A stretch of DNA of 64,000 bases from the human T2T-CHM13v2.0 reference genome, Homo sapiens. Of this stretch, positions 1 through 17,239 are shown piece after piece. A program made the translations under genes and the position numbers. Position 1 is the first letter of the stretch; the number at the start of each line of letters is the position of its first letter. Under the pieces are notes generated by a model. It searched no databases. It saw nothing but the letters and a program-made list of their open reading frames with translations, and was not told the DNA's origin. The stretch is from NCBI RefSeq assembly GCF_009914755.1, contig NC_060927.1; one strand, given 5' to 3'.

Positions 1-158
<158 letters not shown>

Positions 159-261
159 TTATACTTAATGTTGTACTTTGATTCTTAAGAAGACGAAAGT
201 ATAGACAGGAATTAATTCATTCCACAATTTTTGTAGTTTCATTTTTTGTATTTTAAGTTTG

Positions 262-770
262 TGTAGCAAATTAAGTAAAGTTGCAAATTCTTTGTCATTT
301 TCTCCACCAATAGATGGAGTTTAATTCTCTTCCTCTTGAATCTGGGCTGACTCTGTCTTCTTAGCCAACAAAATACAGCAGAAGTAATGCTCTATCAGTT
401 CCTAGCCTAGCCTTTAAGGGGACTAGGTTTTTCCACTTTTTGCCTCTTGAAATGCTTGTTCTTAGAGCACTCCTTCTTAGAAACTACCAGTCATGGCCAG
501 GCCACAGGAAAAGGCCTCATTTAGTACCTCTAGTAAATAGCCCTAGCTGAGCTCCTGGACAGCAGCCAGCATAAACTGCCAGCTATGTAAGTGAGCCATT
601 TGGAAGTAGATAATCTAACCCCCACTGAGCTGACACCAGATGAAACGAAGATAAACTACCCTCAATGAGTCCTACAAAAATCATAAAATCATGAGTAAAT
701 AAATATTACTGTTGTTTTAAGCTGCAAAGTTTTGAAGCCATTTGTCACACGGCAGTTAACAACCAGAACA
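262..770 (+). mobile_element. MaLR LTR (MLT1 family)
   Basis: MLT1 motifs (CTTGAATCTGGGCTG; TGTTGTTTTAAGC...AACCAGAACA end). Confidence 0.75.
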
Positions 771-1169
771 GCCTCTTATTTACTGCTGTATTTTTAACAC
801 ATAGAACAGTACCTGGTATTGGACATCTATTTTTAACAAGCACGCCACCAGAAGTATTAAAGTAAAGATGTTATACGTGGCCCTGGCACTCACAGAGCAG
901 TCAAAAGCATGACATAGACTAATGAGTAAAAAGGTAATTATAATTCACAATAAATATTATAATTCATAATTCATAATATTTATGTATTATGAGTAATACA
1001 TAAATATTATAGTATAGAGTATTTGGCCAAACAGGAAGAGCACAACACAGACTTGGTAGTATAAAGAAGCTTCCTGGAACAGAGTGGCATTTAAGCTAAG
1101 ACCTTACAAAAGTGAGTAAGATGAAGAGACAGAAAAACTACTCTGTGCCCAAGGCAAGCAAAAACATGA

Positions 1170-1595
<426 letters not shown>

Positions 1596-2068
1596 TCAGG
1601 TTTTAAGCCACAGAATAAGAGAATCGTGAGAGCTTAAAAAGATTACCTACCTGGCTGCGGGGACACCAGTCAGAAGACCTTACAGAAACAAAGGCAAGAG
1701 ATGATGGGGACCTGAACTAGAGAAGACATAGTAGGGATGAAGACACAATGGGTTCAAATCCACAGGGTTGAGTTTGATGCCTGTACATGAGGATGTAGAG
1801 AATGGAGTAAAATGTGTCTGCCACGTTTCTGGCTTGAATAACTAGGGAGATGGTAGTGCTGAGATTAAAAAAAAAATTAATTTAATTAAAAAACACACAC
1901 TTGTAAAGATTTTTTGTAAGAGAAGAAGGTAAATTCTGTTGCAGACTTACTAAACTGAGTTTCCTGTGAGCCATTAAGAAGTGGAGTTATCCAGTAGGCA
2001 ATCAGATACACAGATCTGAAAGTTCAGGGAGGAAATCAGGTTGGAGGTCTAAGATAACAGACTCTTCG

Positions 2069-2445
<377 letters not shown>

Positions 2446-2469
2446 TCAGTTACTATTCTGTAATTTTCT

Positions 2470-2781
2470 GGCTGGGCACGGTGGCTCACGCCTGTAATCT
2501 CAGCACTTTGGGAGGCCAAGGCGGATGGATCACCTGAGGTCGGGAGTTCAAGAACAGCCTGACCAATAGAGATGGCCACCAGAAGAGATGGCAAAACCCC
2601 AACTCTACTAAAAATACAAAAATTTGCCAGGCCTGGTAGCATTCGCCTGTAATCCCAGCTACCCAGGAGGCTGAGACAGAAGAATGGGAGGTTGCAGTAA
2701 GATTACACCACTGCACTCCAGCCTGGGTGACAGAGCGAGGCTCCGTCTCAAAAAAATAAATAAATAAATAAATAAATAAAA
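2470..2781 (+). mobile_element. AluS with small internal indels and (TAAA)n tail
   Basis: Alu consensus. Confidence 0.93.
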
Positions 2782-3689
2782 TTTAAATATATATCTATAA
2801 TTCTCTGACCGTTTGTCTTTATGAAGTATCTGTCTCTCCTTTCATTAATTCTTCCATATCAGTAGTTTCATGTTATAAGGACACTCAACTTTAATCAATA
2901 CTTTGCCACACCCTTTGCAAAGTGGAATACATGATTGCCACTGATCATGAAATTTTGTAGTAGTTTTGTGACAAGATGGGGACATTAGGGAAACTGATCA
3001 GGACCACTTCCCATACTGGTAGAAAGCATATAGTACTCCTGATCAAAGTAGAAAGGAGGTAAGGAGCAATTTTCTGAAAGAAAGGAGACAAGGTATATCT
3101 AGAAAATAAACAGGAAGCCAGAAAATCAGTAAGAGGGCAGAATCAATGGAGTCCAGAGAGAGAATCATGAAGCAGAAAGGGGGCCAGAGAAAGAAGAGTT
3201 CATACTAGGTGCTTCCCCATTCCTACCTCTCCCGTTCTGTCCTATCTTCACTGCATCCAGGTCTATTTATCACTTCCCAATGACTTCTATTAACCTCAGT
3301 TCTGACAATTACAAAATGTGGCTTGGGGAACTTTAAGTAGTCCATGGCAGGAACATAGCTTGATGAGTAAACTCACCATAAGGATCTTACCGGAAGAAAA
3401 TCATGAAATGTGATTTTGCACAGTCTGAGCTCTGTAGTCTGTCAGTTTTCTCTTTTAATTTACGCTAAACCACACAGAAAAAATATTCAAGTTCTAAGGA
3501 AATAAAAGTGCAGAGTAATCACTTGGGGGGGGTGGAGCTAGACAGCAATAATTATAAAGGAAGAGAGCTACGTACATTACCAGGAATCTTTTGACATAAA
3601 AGTAGAATCACAAAATTTCTGAGCTAGAAGGGTCCTTAGAGATCATTTGGTAGAGTGATTTTCCAGATATTTTAAAACCCTTTTGAGAG

Positions 3690-5450
3690 CTGAGTAGATA
3701 AAACACAGGTACCATATCAAAACATTGTATTTCAAGTCAATGAAATTAAGAAAAATCATTCTAGCACAACTTCCGTAAGTCAAAATTAATCATGAAAAAA
3801 CCCTTAAAAAAAATGGCTGGCTCCAGATGGTATGATTATGTACCTGGAAAATCTAAGAGAATTAACTGAAAAGCCATTATAATAAATAACAGATTCAAAA
3901 AGCGACTGGTTACACAATAAATACACAAAAGAAGTTAAAAACTCTTCTATTTACCAGCAATAGTCAGGTTAAGAAAATATATACAGCATTAAAGAAAGAA
4001 AATGGGTTCCAGCCTGGGCAACAGTGCAAGACCCTGCCTCAAAAAAAAATGAAAAGTAAAGATGGGCAGATCTTTTGACCCAGCAATTGTATTCACAATA
4101 ATTTCTCCCAAATAATTAATGCATAGGCACGAAGGGATATTAGCTGTAATAATGTCTAGTGTAGCACTATTTGTCATAAAGATTGAAAGAAATCTAAGTA
4201 TCTAAAGATGGAGGACTACTTATAGTACATTCATACAATGTATTTTCTAATACACTATATACAAACCTTTATAAATGTTTTATATACCTACATATATATG
4301 TGGAGGGCGGAGGGGGAGAGAAATCCCATTTATAAAAATAAAAAATAAAATACAGTGAGACAGAATAGAAGACCCAATAGTAAAGTTTCTGACATCCACA
4401 GAAGAAGAAATCATTCATTAAACAGTATTGAGGAAATTGGCTAATCAAAAGCTTAAAATTTTTTGGACCCTCTACTTCATACTGTACAACTAAACATGTT
4501 CTAGAATAACTGCAAAACCAAAAATTGAAAATGAAAGTACGAAAACAGTTGAAAAAATAAAATTAATCACTATATAAACATAAGGTAGGAAAAGCCTATC
4601 TACGTAAGATACCTAAAGGAAGAACAAGACTTAGCTACATAAAATGTTAAAACCTGTAAGAAGGCAAGAGAAGGGAAGTATAAAGTCAAACCTGAATAAA
4701 GCTGTTTAACAAAAATGATAATCCCAATAATGGCATGTAAAAGGCCTCTCAAATGGCTTTGTTGTAAAGGGTAAACTGGCATAATCTTTTTGGTAGGCAA
4801 TTTGGCCATGTATAACACAACTGTTAAAGATGGGCAACCCAGGCGTGGTGGCTCACAAATATAATCCAAACACTCTGGGAGGCCGATGTGGGAGGATAGC
4901 TTGAGCCCCGACGTTTGAGACCAGCCTGGGCAACATAGAGAGACATGGTCTCTACGACAAAAAAAAAAAAAATTTAATTAGCTGGGCATGGTGGCATGTG
5001 CCTGTGGTCTCAGCTACTCAGAAGGCCGAGGTGGAAGGATCACTTGAGCCTAGGAGCTCAAGGACGCAGTGAGCTGTGATCGTGCCACTGCATTCCAGCC
5101 TGGGCAACAGAGCAAGACCTTGTCTTAAAAAAAATAATAAAAATGAAAAATAAAGATGAGAAAATCTTTTGACCCAGCAATTCCACCCATAACAATTTCT
5201 CCTAAATAAATAATGCATAGGCACAGAGGGATATTAGCTATAATAGTGTTCAACGTAGCACTATTTATCATGAAGAATGAAAGAAATCTAGGTGTCTAAG
5301 AATGGAGGACTACTTATGGTACATTCATACAATGAAATAGTATGGGGCCACTAAAAGTTACGTAGAAAACTAATGACATGAGTAATATCGTATTAGGTGA
5401 AAAACAACTGCAAACAACAAAATAGCTGAATCCATTTCAGTTTTTTTAAA
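3690..5450 (+). mobile_element. Old L1M (L1ME-like) fragments interrupted by Alu and a local duplication
   Basis: Degenerate L1 ORF2/3' motifs (GATATGATT...GAAAATC, GACCCAGCAATTCCAC, TACAATGAAATA). Confidence 0.6.
4838..5150 (+). mobile_element. AluJ
   Basis: Alu with J-type GAGCCCAGGAG diagnostic; TSD TAAAGATG. Confidence 0.9.
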
Positions 5451-5480
5451 AAGGTATATGAGGCTGGAATGAGGTATAAT

Positions 5481-6242
<762 letters not shown>

Positions 6243-6738
6243 TAATCATACCACTGCACTCCAGCCTGAGTAACAGAGTGAGACCTTGTCTCTAAAAAAT
6301 AAAATTTAATAAAATTAAAATTAAAAAGGTAGATCTATAGGTACACACAAACTTGCACACACACATGCCACAGGATAAAGAGACTTAAATTAACCCCAAT
6401 CTTAGAGAAATGAAGGTGGGTGAGGAGGCAATTTGACCCAAGTCTTCCTAAGTCACCCCATCTATTTATAAAAATGAGCACTCTTACCTTTAGACTCTTG
6501 TTCCTCATGGAAGTAAAAGGGGTCTAGTTTAATGAATATGCAGTAGACAAACATGGAAATAGTGGCACTACCTTTCCATCTCCTATCAACTCCACGTCTC
6601 CAACCTTGTTCCCCAAAGCTCCACCAGGGATCCAAGGCAATCAATCCACTATCCCATCCCAGGATGGCAAGAGATGTAACGTTAGGAACTCCTCTAGAAC
6701 TTCTGCCAGGTAGCTGCTGGGACACCTCCAAAGTCTCA

Positions 6739-7105
<367 letters not shown>

Positions 7106-8402
7106 TCATTCTGATCCCCACTTATCAGCAAACAGAATGCATACCTCTGCAGCCGGTTCCTAAGATATGTGCTTATTCCAACTCCATCAGGTGGGAGCCG
7201 TTTTTCTCTGATGTATCTTCCCCATGGTGCTTATGTCAGAAGTGGGGGCTTACTTCTCACTGGTCTAGTTATTCTGAAGACTCACAATTAGAAGTGGGAA
7301 TCTAAGTACTTTTGGTTCAACCTTTTTATCTTACTTAGGGACAAAAAGTTTAGTAACCCTAGAAGATAAAACACTCCTGCTTAACCAACATGTGTTACTC
7401 AGCTTTCTAAACTAATACTTGTGGTACAAAACTGACATTCATTTTGCAGTATCTCTCAAGGCAAGACAGCCCTGAAGAGAACCTTAAGAAATTCTCAACA
7501 GTGCAGATAATTATTTTTCATCATTTGTTTTTATAAAATTTCAACAATAGGCATTACTTTCTATAATGGGGGGAGGTGGCTCTTTTTTCTAATGGCAGGC
7601 TAACCTAACATACTGTGATTACTGGATCTAATACATGCACTCATAGCAGAATTTTCTTTAGACATACATACACACTACTCTTCCATAAAGTATCATAAAA
7701 TTACATCATTCCATTTTAAAAAGTCAATCACTCTTCTTCATGTAGCCTTCATCACTAGCAAAAAAGTAAAGGTAAACACTCTTGTCTTAACAAAAAAACT
7801 ATGATAACATGTAATCATCTGTAATGCCTATTTCAAAACTTTTAAGACTATTTTGTTTCAAAAAAAAAAAAAACCCAGTTAACATCTTTTCTAGGCAACT
7901 GAATTAAGAAAAAGAGTAAATCTGCAATTACTGAATATTTTCCTGGAGTCAGCCACAGAAACCACATGCAACACTGGACAATGACTGAATGACATTATCT
8001 TTAGATGTTTTTCATCCAAACTAATGGACATTCAGAAAAAAAGGTGATCCTGTACTAGGCTTCGCAACACTACCCTTGAAAGATTTTAACCAATCCTTTC
8101 ACACCATCACCAAAGACATGTTTTTTTCTACAGCCCTACTTTCTTGTTTTGAAAGATCTGAGCTGTCAAACTATATTTATTTGCATTTAATTCTCCAAAG
8201 GGATAAGAGCATTACTATACCAATTTTGTATTTTCATCCAAAAAGTACAAACTCTGCTTTCTTGGCCCATAGAGCCTTATCCCAAATAAACTGTACAATC
8301 TCCAAAAATATAGTCAGTCTTGATTATATAGATATGATCTACCACACTGTAGATTATCCACAGAATATCTATCACTTACGTGATAGCATTAAGGGCTTTA
8401 AA

Positions 8403-8452
8403 CACACACTCACACATACACACACACACACACACTCTCTCTCTCTCTCTCT
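8403..8452. repeat. Compound (CA)n(CT)n microsatellite next to a MIR fragment
   Basis: Read directly; MIR core-like AGATGAGAAAAGTGAGGCAC follows. Confidence 0.9.
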
Positions 8453-9377
8453 AATTCTCAAAGTTACTATTATTTTCCCCATTTTAAAGATGAGAAAAGT
8501 GAGGCACTGTGAGACTAAGTAGCTGACCAGCATGGCATTATAACACATATCATAATCATACAGAATTTGTAAAAATATTAAAATTATTATTAATAGCTGA
8601 AAATACCAATTAGAAGGCTTCCATCATTCGGATGTGCAACAAATGCTTCCCTGGGATAACCGTAAGTAATGACTTGGCCATTCAGCTGTGAGGCCCAGAA
8701 AGCATGGCAGAGCTGGTATGTCCATGCAGCCCACAACACAGCATCAGGGTAAGAAATAAAAAAGCCAACAAGTGGGCATGCAGCAAGGGTTTCAACTCTA
8801 TCCTAATATTCCAAAAGAACAAGAGAGAATTTGGGACAATCTTAACCTCTGATGATAATCTCTGAGCCTCTTTTTATCCCTCAATTTATATAATGTTTAA
8901 TGTTACTAAATCATTGCACAGGAATTATTTTTAAATGTTTACCTAACATTTGTAGAATGATAAACATTTTCCTAAACACTTCACAGGTTTTTGAGAAAGC
9001 ATTTACACTGAGATTTGTTGTTACACTGACATGCTTCCCAAATTCACCATTATTCTAGTAATAATTGATGCTACTAGAAGCAGCCCACAGGCCCTCTCCG
9101 TCAAATGATCTCCCTCCCCTCTCCCAGCTCTTCCACTGCTGACCATCCCACCACCCCGACCTCACATTTCTCAAGTTCTGGTACACACACTGTACACACT
9201 GCCATTCCAATGATCTACCCATGTTGAGAGAAATGTCTCAGGATCAGGTGGACTAGCACCACTTCTCAGACTGCTGCTGCTAACAGGACAAAGCTTTCAG
9301 TGGTCTGAGACAAAAAGGGGGTTAAGAGAAGGGATTATATATTCATTTTTAAATGAAACATAAATTATTCAACTTAC

Positions 9378-9494
9378 TTTTATTCCGGGGTTGTCCTTCT
9401 TACTTTTTCAGCGTTAAAATGTGATAATGACCAATGCTTCATTTTCTGTATCGTCCTCATTGGCCAAATAAAAAGTCAGAAACCCAGTCAATCC
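9378..9494 (-). other. Candidate 117-nt 5'UTR exon of the minus-strand gene
   Basis: Minus strand CCTAACCTTTAGGTTTAG| acceptor and AAA|GTAAGT donor; non-repeat sequence with retained CpGs. Confidence 0.5.
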
Positions 9495-9741
9495 CTAAAC
9501 CTAAAGGTTAGGATAACAAACACTAAATCTACTACGCATACATGTAGGGTGGAGGACAAGCCCAGGCAGGAAATAAAGGAATAAAAAACTTTCAGAGGAA
9601 GTAGATACTTTTACATTTAACAGTGACTACTGGTCCAGTGAACAAGTGCAAGCAAAACGAAACTGCAAATTTCAGTATCTCACTCAGAAAAGATTACAAG
9701 CACTGAGGCGGATGACAAATTTGACTTTTAAAATGAAAGCA

Positions 9742-10384
<643 letters not shown>

Positions 10385-11149
10385 GTCAAGTTCCGTAAAG
10401 CACTTACAACAGTGTCCGGCACTCAGTAAGCGCTTCAGAAGTACTGTCATAAATATCAAAGGACTGGAATGAAAATTATAAAAATTATGGTACTAAAAAC
10501 TTCCACAAAGTTATTTAGAAGTACAACCTCTGCTCAGTCAGTTGGAGTATAAATAAAAAGAAAAAAATTAAAAGTACAACCATTTCTCCATAAAGTGTTA
10601 TGAAGTTATGTGTGACATTTCTAAACTTTTTAATTTACGTGTGAAAAAATTACATTAGAAAAAACCTGAATCCAGTTAGAACACCCACTGTACGACTCTC
10701 AATTGTTTGCAAATTTGCTTCCAAAACTCAGGAATGCACTACTCAACTGAGGCCGCATTTGAGAGCACACACTCAATACTTCCTCCAATAAAAGAAATTT
10801 TCATCTCAGCTGTACACTCAGAGACCAGGATTTTTTTCGCCTATATGTTGATAAAACCCAATGACGCATAGCTGAGCAAGTCTTTCACCTAACAGCACAC
10901 CAAGCTTCTAATGGAAAATTCACAGACCAGGTGATGCAGTCACCATACAGCATACAGACACAATATTTGCACTCTTCCTATCCCCTCCCCTGGAATCCAG
11001 ACTCAGCCTGCTCACTCTGAAAGCTTTCTCAGTTCATCCTGCCATTTGCCCCTTCTCCCAAGCCACCTCTACACCCGGGGGTGAGTTATTAAAAAGAACA
11101 TGTTTATTGATAAATACAACACTTTATTTATTTGCACACAAGTTATCCA

Positions 11150-11300
11150 CTTCCTTGCTACTCAAAGATAGTCCCTTGTCCAGCTGCACATGTTATCAGA
11201 AATGTACAATATCAAAATGCACCATAGGCCTACTGAACCAGAAAATGCATTTTTAATAAGAGCCCCAAGTGATTCCCACCCACATTAAGGTTTGAGTGTT
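11150..11300. mobile_element. MER5A-like hAT DNA transposon remnant
   Basis: CTACTCAAAG...CCTACTGAACCAGAAA...TAAGGTTTGAG motifs. Confidence 0.65.
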
Positions 11301-11833
11301 CTGTGATACTGCAGATAGCTGTAAAAATTAAAAATGCTCAAGTTTACAAATGAATTCAGAGATATGGTATGAAAAGTACCAAGACACGGAATCAGAAAAG
11401 CCCAAAGAGAAAAACCAATATATAAATGAATTTCTTTGCCACCGATAGCAAAGGCTCATTTTTCAACAATACCTATTTATTGCTTCCTGCTTTAAGTATT
11501 TTGTGCAAGAGCACAACACTTATAAAGGTTTACAAAAGAATTACCGGGTCTAGAAATTCCAGGCAACCTGGTCCAAACGTGTGAAACCTGCATGTTAAAA
11601 TCTTAGGATTTTGTCCAATTCAGAGTTGACAAATGAACTCTTTCCAGAAAGTTATTATTCGAAAAAAACCTACAGGATGTTAACTTTAAACACAGATTAT
11701 AATTCCTGTAACTAAAACGAGTAACTGGTATCGAACAAATTCTAGGTCACTTGTAGAATCGAATCTTGTAGTGAAGGTCTGTGTGTTTTTCCAGGAAAAG
11801 TCGGGGTGGGGAGCGGGATTTGCCCTCCCTGCG

Positions 11834-11835
<2 letters not shown>

Positions 11836-11865
<30 letters not shown>
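11836..11865. repeat. Poly-T tract (~30 nt)
   Basis: Read directly. Confidence 0.95.
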
Positions 11866-11868
<3 letters not shown>

Positions 11869-12514
11869 CTTATCCTGAAAGACCTCCGTTTCTTACGTGT
11901 GAATAAACTTAAGTCGTACTAAATCCAGGTCACGGTTCCCTTCCTCAAAAGTGAAGTCAAGGCTTCTCTCTTCTAAAGACTATTAAGGTTTGAGGATTCA
12001 GGGCCCGTTTCGCTTCCGGCTAGGGAAGGAAGCGTGCTTCCCGGGGCCCAAATGAACATGGAAATTTACTAAGTAGGAAGTTGAGCACTAGTCCAGCCGC
12101 CAGGCCCTGCCTTTACTGCAGTTGGCCTTCCAGTCTAGACCCCGACCTCCTGGGGCAGGGAAAGCAGGCAGACTGCAAGCAGCCACCCCGCCCAGCTCGC
12201 CCTGCCCGCCCTGCCCGCCAGGGAGCTGAAGGGTCCACCCCTCCCGCCATCCACCCCCGACGCCGACTCCGAGGCGCACAAACGGGGGGCGGTGCGGCAA
12301 CCCGTCCGCCGTGGCGGCGGCACCCTCAGGCCCTCCCGTGAGAAGGCGGCGGCGGCTGCGGCTGCAGCAGCGGCGCGAAGGGGGGCGAAACCTGTCCTGA
12401 GGCTGAGTGGGAGGCCGGGGCGGGAACGACTGCATGTGGGGCTGCACTGGAGGAAGGCGGAGGCGTTCAGAGGGCTTGGGCTTTTTTACGATCATCATCA
12501 TTATTTTATTTTAC

Positions 12515-12700
12515 CTGTGGCGCAGAAGGGCTCCCCAGCTCCTATTCCCTGAATCCTCCTCCTCCTCCCCTCCTCTTTCTCTCTCTCTCCCTCAGTCTGC
12601 AGGGCGCTCGCGGAAGCGGCCGGGCCCGGCCCGACCTGAAAGAGAACAGGGCGGGAGGGGGTGGCGGCGGTGACCAGCGGCCACGTGACCACGCTCGCGC
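12515..12700 (-). other. Non-coding 5' exon of an unidentified minus-strand gene (TSS approximate)
   Basis: Donor CCACAG|GTAAAA at 12515/12514; purine-rich UTR-like sequence without ATG; all Alus to its left are antisense to it. Confidence 0.7.
12681..12690 (-). promoter_or_regulatory. USF/TFE-type E-box GGTCACGTGG
   Basis: CACGTG core 12682-12687 with GTCA flank. Confidence 0.7.
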
Positions 12701-12938
12701 CGTAACGGCGGCCGCCTCCCGCCGCGCGCCCTCCCCGCGCTCCACCTCTAATAACCTCGCGGCCCGCGCGCCTGGGAAGCTCGTGCGCAGGCGCCCGCAC
12801 GGGACCTGAAGTCTGCGCGCGAGCGCAACGCGCTCGCTCTCGGGTCCGGGTTTCTGGGGCCCGCGAGGCGCGAGAAGCGAGTAGGTGGGGAGTGAGCCGC
12901 GGGCAGAGCTCTCCTTGGCTGAGCCGGCAGGCTGCTGA

Positions 12939-12948
12939 GCGCATGCGC
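12939..12948. promoter_or_regulatory. NRF1 site GCGCATGCGC (second variant TGCGCAGGCGC at 12784-12794)
   Basis: Consensus palindrome inside the CpG island. Confidence 0.75.
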
Positions 12949-14382
12949 CTGAGGGCTTTTACCCCTCCCTTCTCTCCCTGCTTCCAACCGGCGCGCGGCT
13001 GGAGGCTGGGAACCAGCTCCTGGGTCTTAGTCAGAGGTTCACATCCACCAACTATCTTCCCAGGGTTGGACTGAGAAGGGGAGCAGAGGGTCCCAGGGAC
13101 TCTCCTGAGATCCTGGCTCTCCTGCCAAGGAATTTACATTTCCTTGTCACAGGTAAATGGCCTTCCATGCCACATTTTTCTGTGGCTGAGTAGGCTTCTA
13201 ACTCAGCTCATCTGTCACTTTCTCCGTGAAACTTACCCCTGCCTACTTTAGAGGAGTCACTAGCACTTTGTGCAGACCTACCTTGTAGTACAACCCATAG
13301 AAAGATAAAGGTTAGGAGTTATTTTTTCACAAGCCCACAATACTAGACTGTGGTTTCTACCTTTATCTCATAAACTTGGACAGGGTCTTCAGTGTTGTAG
13401 TATCTCCCTAAACGTCTGATGACTATCAGAACACAGGGAATGTCTAAAACTTTTATCGTTGCCCTTGGTCTCTGCATAATCATGATTTAAGATCCCCTTT
13501 AACCCAAGCACGTGGGAAGGTGGTGTTTGTTTCCCCAGTATGAAAGCCTTTAAATCATAATGTTAATTAGAGTGGTAAATGCTTCACTTAGTAAAAGAGA
13601 TTTATGGTATTTTATTAGCTTATCTTCACAAAGAGCTCCAACGAAAATTGATACTGTTTAGTCCAGAAAAGGAAACCAAGTCAGAGAAAGGTCAGATTTC
13701 TGAAGGTTATCTAGCTTCAGAGGAAGATGCCTGTGTGGGAGACCTTTGTGGACAAACACCCCACTTCACACAGAGATCCCTCTTTTTCTGTTGCCCCTCT
13801 TTCTGTTGCAGAAACTGAACAGGTTAAGTTAGTGCCTGTGGCCAGATTTAATCCGGCCAGATTTATTTATTTATCAAATAAATAAAATGTAAAAACTCCC
13901 TAATTGGGAGTTCTGGCTAGACCAGTCATCATCACTGTTAGACTGGTGAATACTGAGATGATAGTCAAGAAATGGGGCTAGCAACAAAATGACAGAAAAT
14001 CCTGGGATGAATGTATATGAAGAAATAGGATTAACAGAGGCTTCTGAGAAACTAGGAAAATGACAACCCTCAAGATTCCATTCTCAAATGTTTACAAAGC
14101 TGTTGGACTCTTTTCTGCATTTACCACTGTATACACCCACAGACTGATCCCACCTCATAGTTTCAGCTACCACACAGGTTATGCTAATGGCATCCCATTC
14201 TAAATATTCAGCCCAAGATTCAGACCTTGTGGTAGACTATTTTCTTATGGCACACAATTAACTGTGCCTCCCAGTATTCATGCCCATGTATAGTCCTCTG
14301 CCCTTGAGTCTGGGCCGGACCTGTCACCTGCCTTAAACAATCAAATATGGCAAAAATTACTCTCTGTCACTTCTAGGCCTAG

Positions 14383-15380
<998 letters not shown>

Positions 15381-16566
15381 GTAGCTATCATTTTTGCCCT
15401 TTGTGGGAAGCACCATGTAAGATATCCAACTACTCTGAAACTACCACACTGTGAAGAGTCTAACCAAGCCACCTGGAGAGACCAAACGGAAGAAAACTAA
15501 GGCCCCTGGCCAACAGCCCTAGCTGTGCTCCTACTGGCCAGTCAGCACCAGCCTGCCAGGCATGTGACTGAGACAGTCTTGGAAGTGGATTTTCCAGCCC
15601 TACTCAAGCTGCCGCAGCTGACACCACATGGAACAGAGATGAGCTTTTCTCCCCAGTGCCCAAATAGCAGAATTGTGGAAAAATAAATAAAACAGTTGTA
15701 TTAAGCCACTAAGTTTTGCTATAGTTTATTAGATATCATTAAATAACCAGAACAGACCTATGTATTCAGCTGCCTGCTAGAGATGTATCCCAGGTGGTCT
15801 CACAGGTACTTCAAACTCAATATACTTGAGTTGAGTTTTTCAAATAGCCTTCAAACCTGACCTGTGTCCTTTCCCCGACCGCTCCCCCTCCCCTGCCACC
15901 CGTTGGTTGTGCATTTATTCCCCTAGTTCCCGAAGCAGAAAACCTGGGCATGTCCCTTTACTCCTTATCCTGCAATATTCAGTCACCAACTAATGAGCTT
16001 TCTTCTCCAGTCCCCACAACACTTCTCACCTCAGATCCTCATCATCTCTATCCTGAACTACTGAGGATTAATCAAGTTCTTCCACATTGCAAAGAAAAGT
16101 CACTCAGACATCCAGACTACCTTAGGGGTTTATTATCAGGCAAGAAGTAAGGAGATGTTGGAAAACAGCCCAGTCATCTCCCATGACCTGCATTCTGATG
16201 GTTCCCAGACTGGGAAGCCCAGGTGGCATCATAAAGAGCCACAGCAATGACCCCATCCTTTAGGCTACAACAATAGCTGTAAGGATCCAGCTTCTCTCAG
16301 GCTTCTCACGTTCTTACTCCCCAAGAGACAATCTGAGGGACCCAATGGTCCTCAGTCAATACAGAGCACCCCGACAAGGCAGAGAGTGGCCTGCAATGTA
16401 ATCTAGGAAAAAGAAACAAAAGTAATCAAGCTGATGATTAATAACTCCTTAAAATACAAACTTTGTATAAAAATTCATTTTCAGTTTTGTTAGTTATAAT
16501 AGAATTTGAGTTTAAGGCAGAAAAATTAAATTTGAACTAACTTCAGCATTAAAAAAATAATTGTGG

Positions 16567-16890
<324 letters not shown>

Positions 16891-17239
16891 AATAAATTTT
16901 GACACTTGGTTTTGCAGCAGCTTGTGTGCTAGTTGATTCTCTGCTTCGACATCTATGTGCATTCTCTGTCTTGGGACATGACGGAAAATGAAGCAGAAAA
17001 TAACACGAATGTTCTTAAAGTCTCTTGGCAAGGATCAGCTCTCTCCCAGGCCTCTGGCGATATGGACACTCAGCCTGGGACTACTGTGATCAGGCCACCA
17101 TCCACATCCCTTCTCCTGGCTCTTTTCTCCTCCACTCCATTCAACTCACCCAGGTAAACTGGCCATCATTAGATCCTGAAATTGCTATGGTGGCATAGAC
17201 TGACATGATAATAAGATGTACAGCCTACAGTATGGGATT

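Larger units (their letters stand above)
11990..13020. promoter_or_regulatory. CpG-island promoter of a minus-strand gene (possibly bidirectional)
   Basis: Very GC/CpG-rich ~1 kb in CpG-depleted background; E-box, NRF1, ETS and GC-box motifs; no TATA box seen. Confidence 0.92.

Noticed and set aside
8076-8522. 148-aa plus-strand ORF
   Set aside because: Non-ATG start, runs through a microsatellite and MIR, antisense within an intron
12515-12700. Assigning a gene symbol to the minus-strand gene
   Set aside because: Only non-coding exon sequence is present and I do not recognise it; a BLAT search is needed
12081-13074. Overlapping Arg/Gly/Pro/Ala-rich ORFs in the CpG island
   Set aside because: Expected from stop-codon scarcity at high GC; the MMMIVKK ORF starts just inside the intron; no recognisable domain
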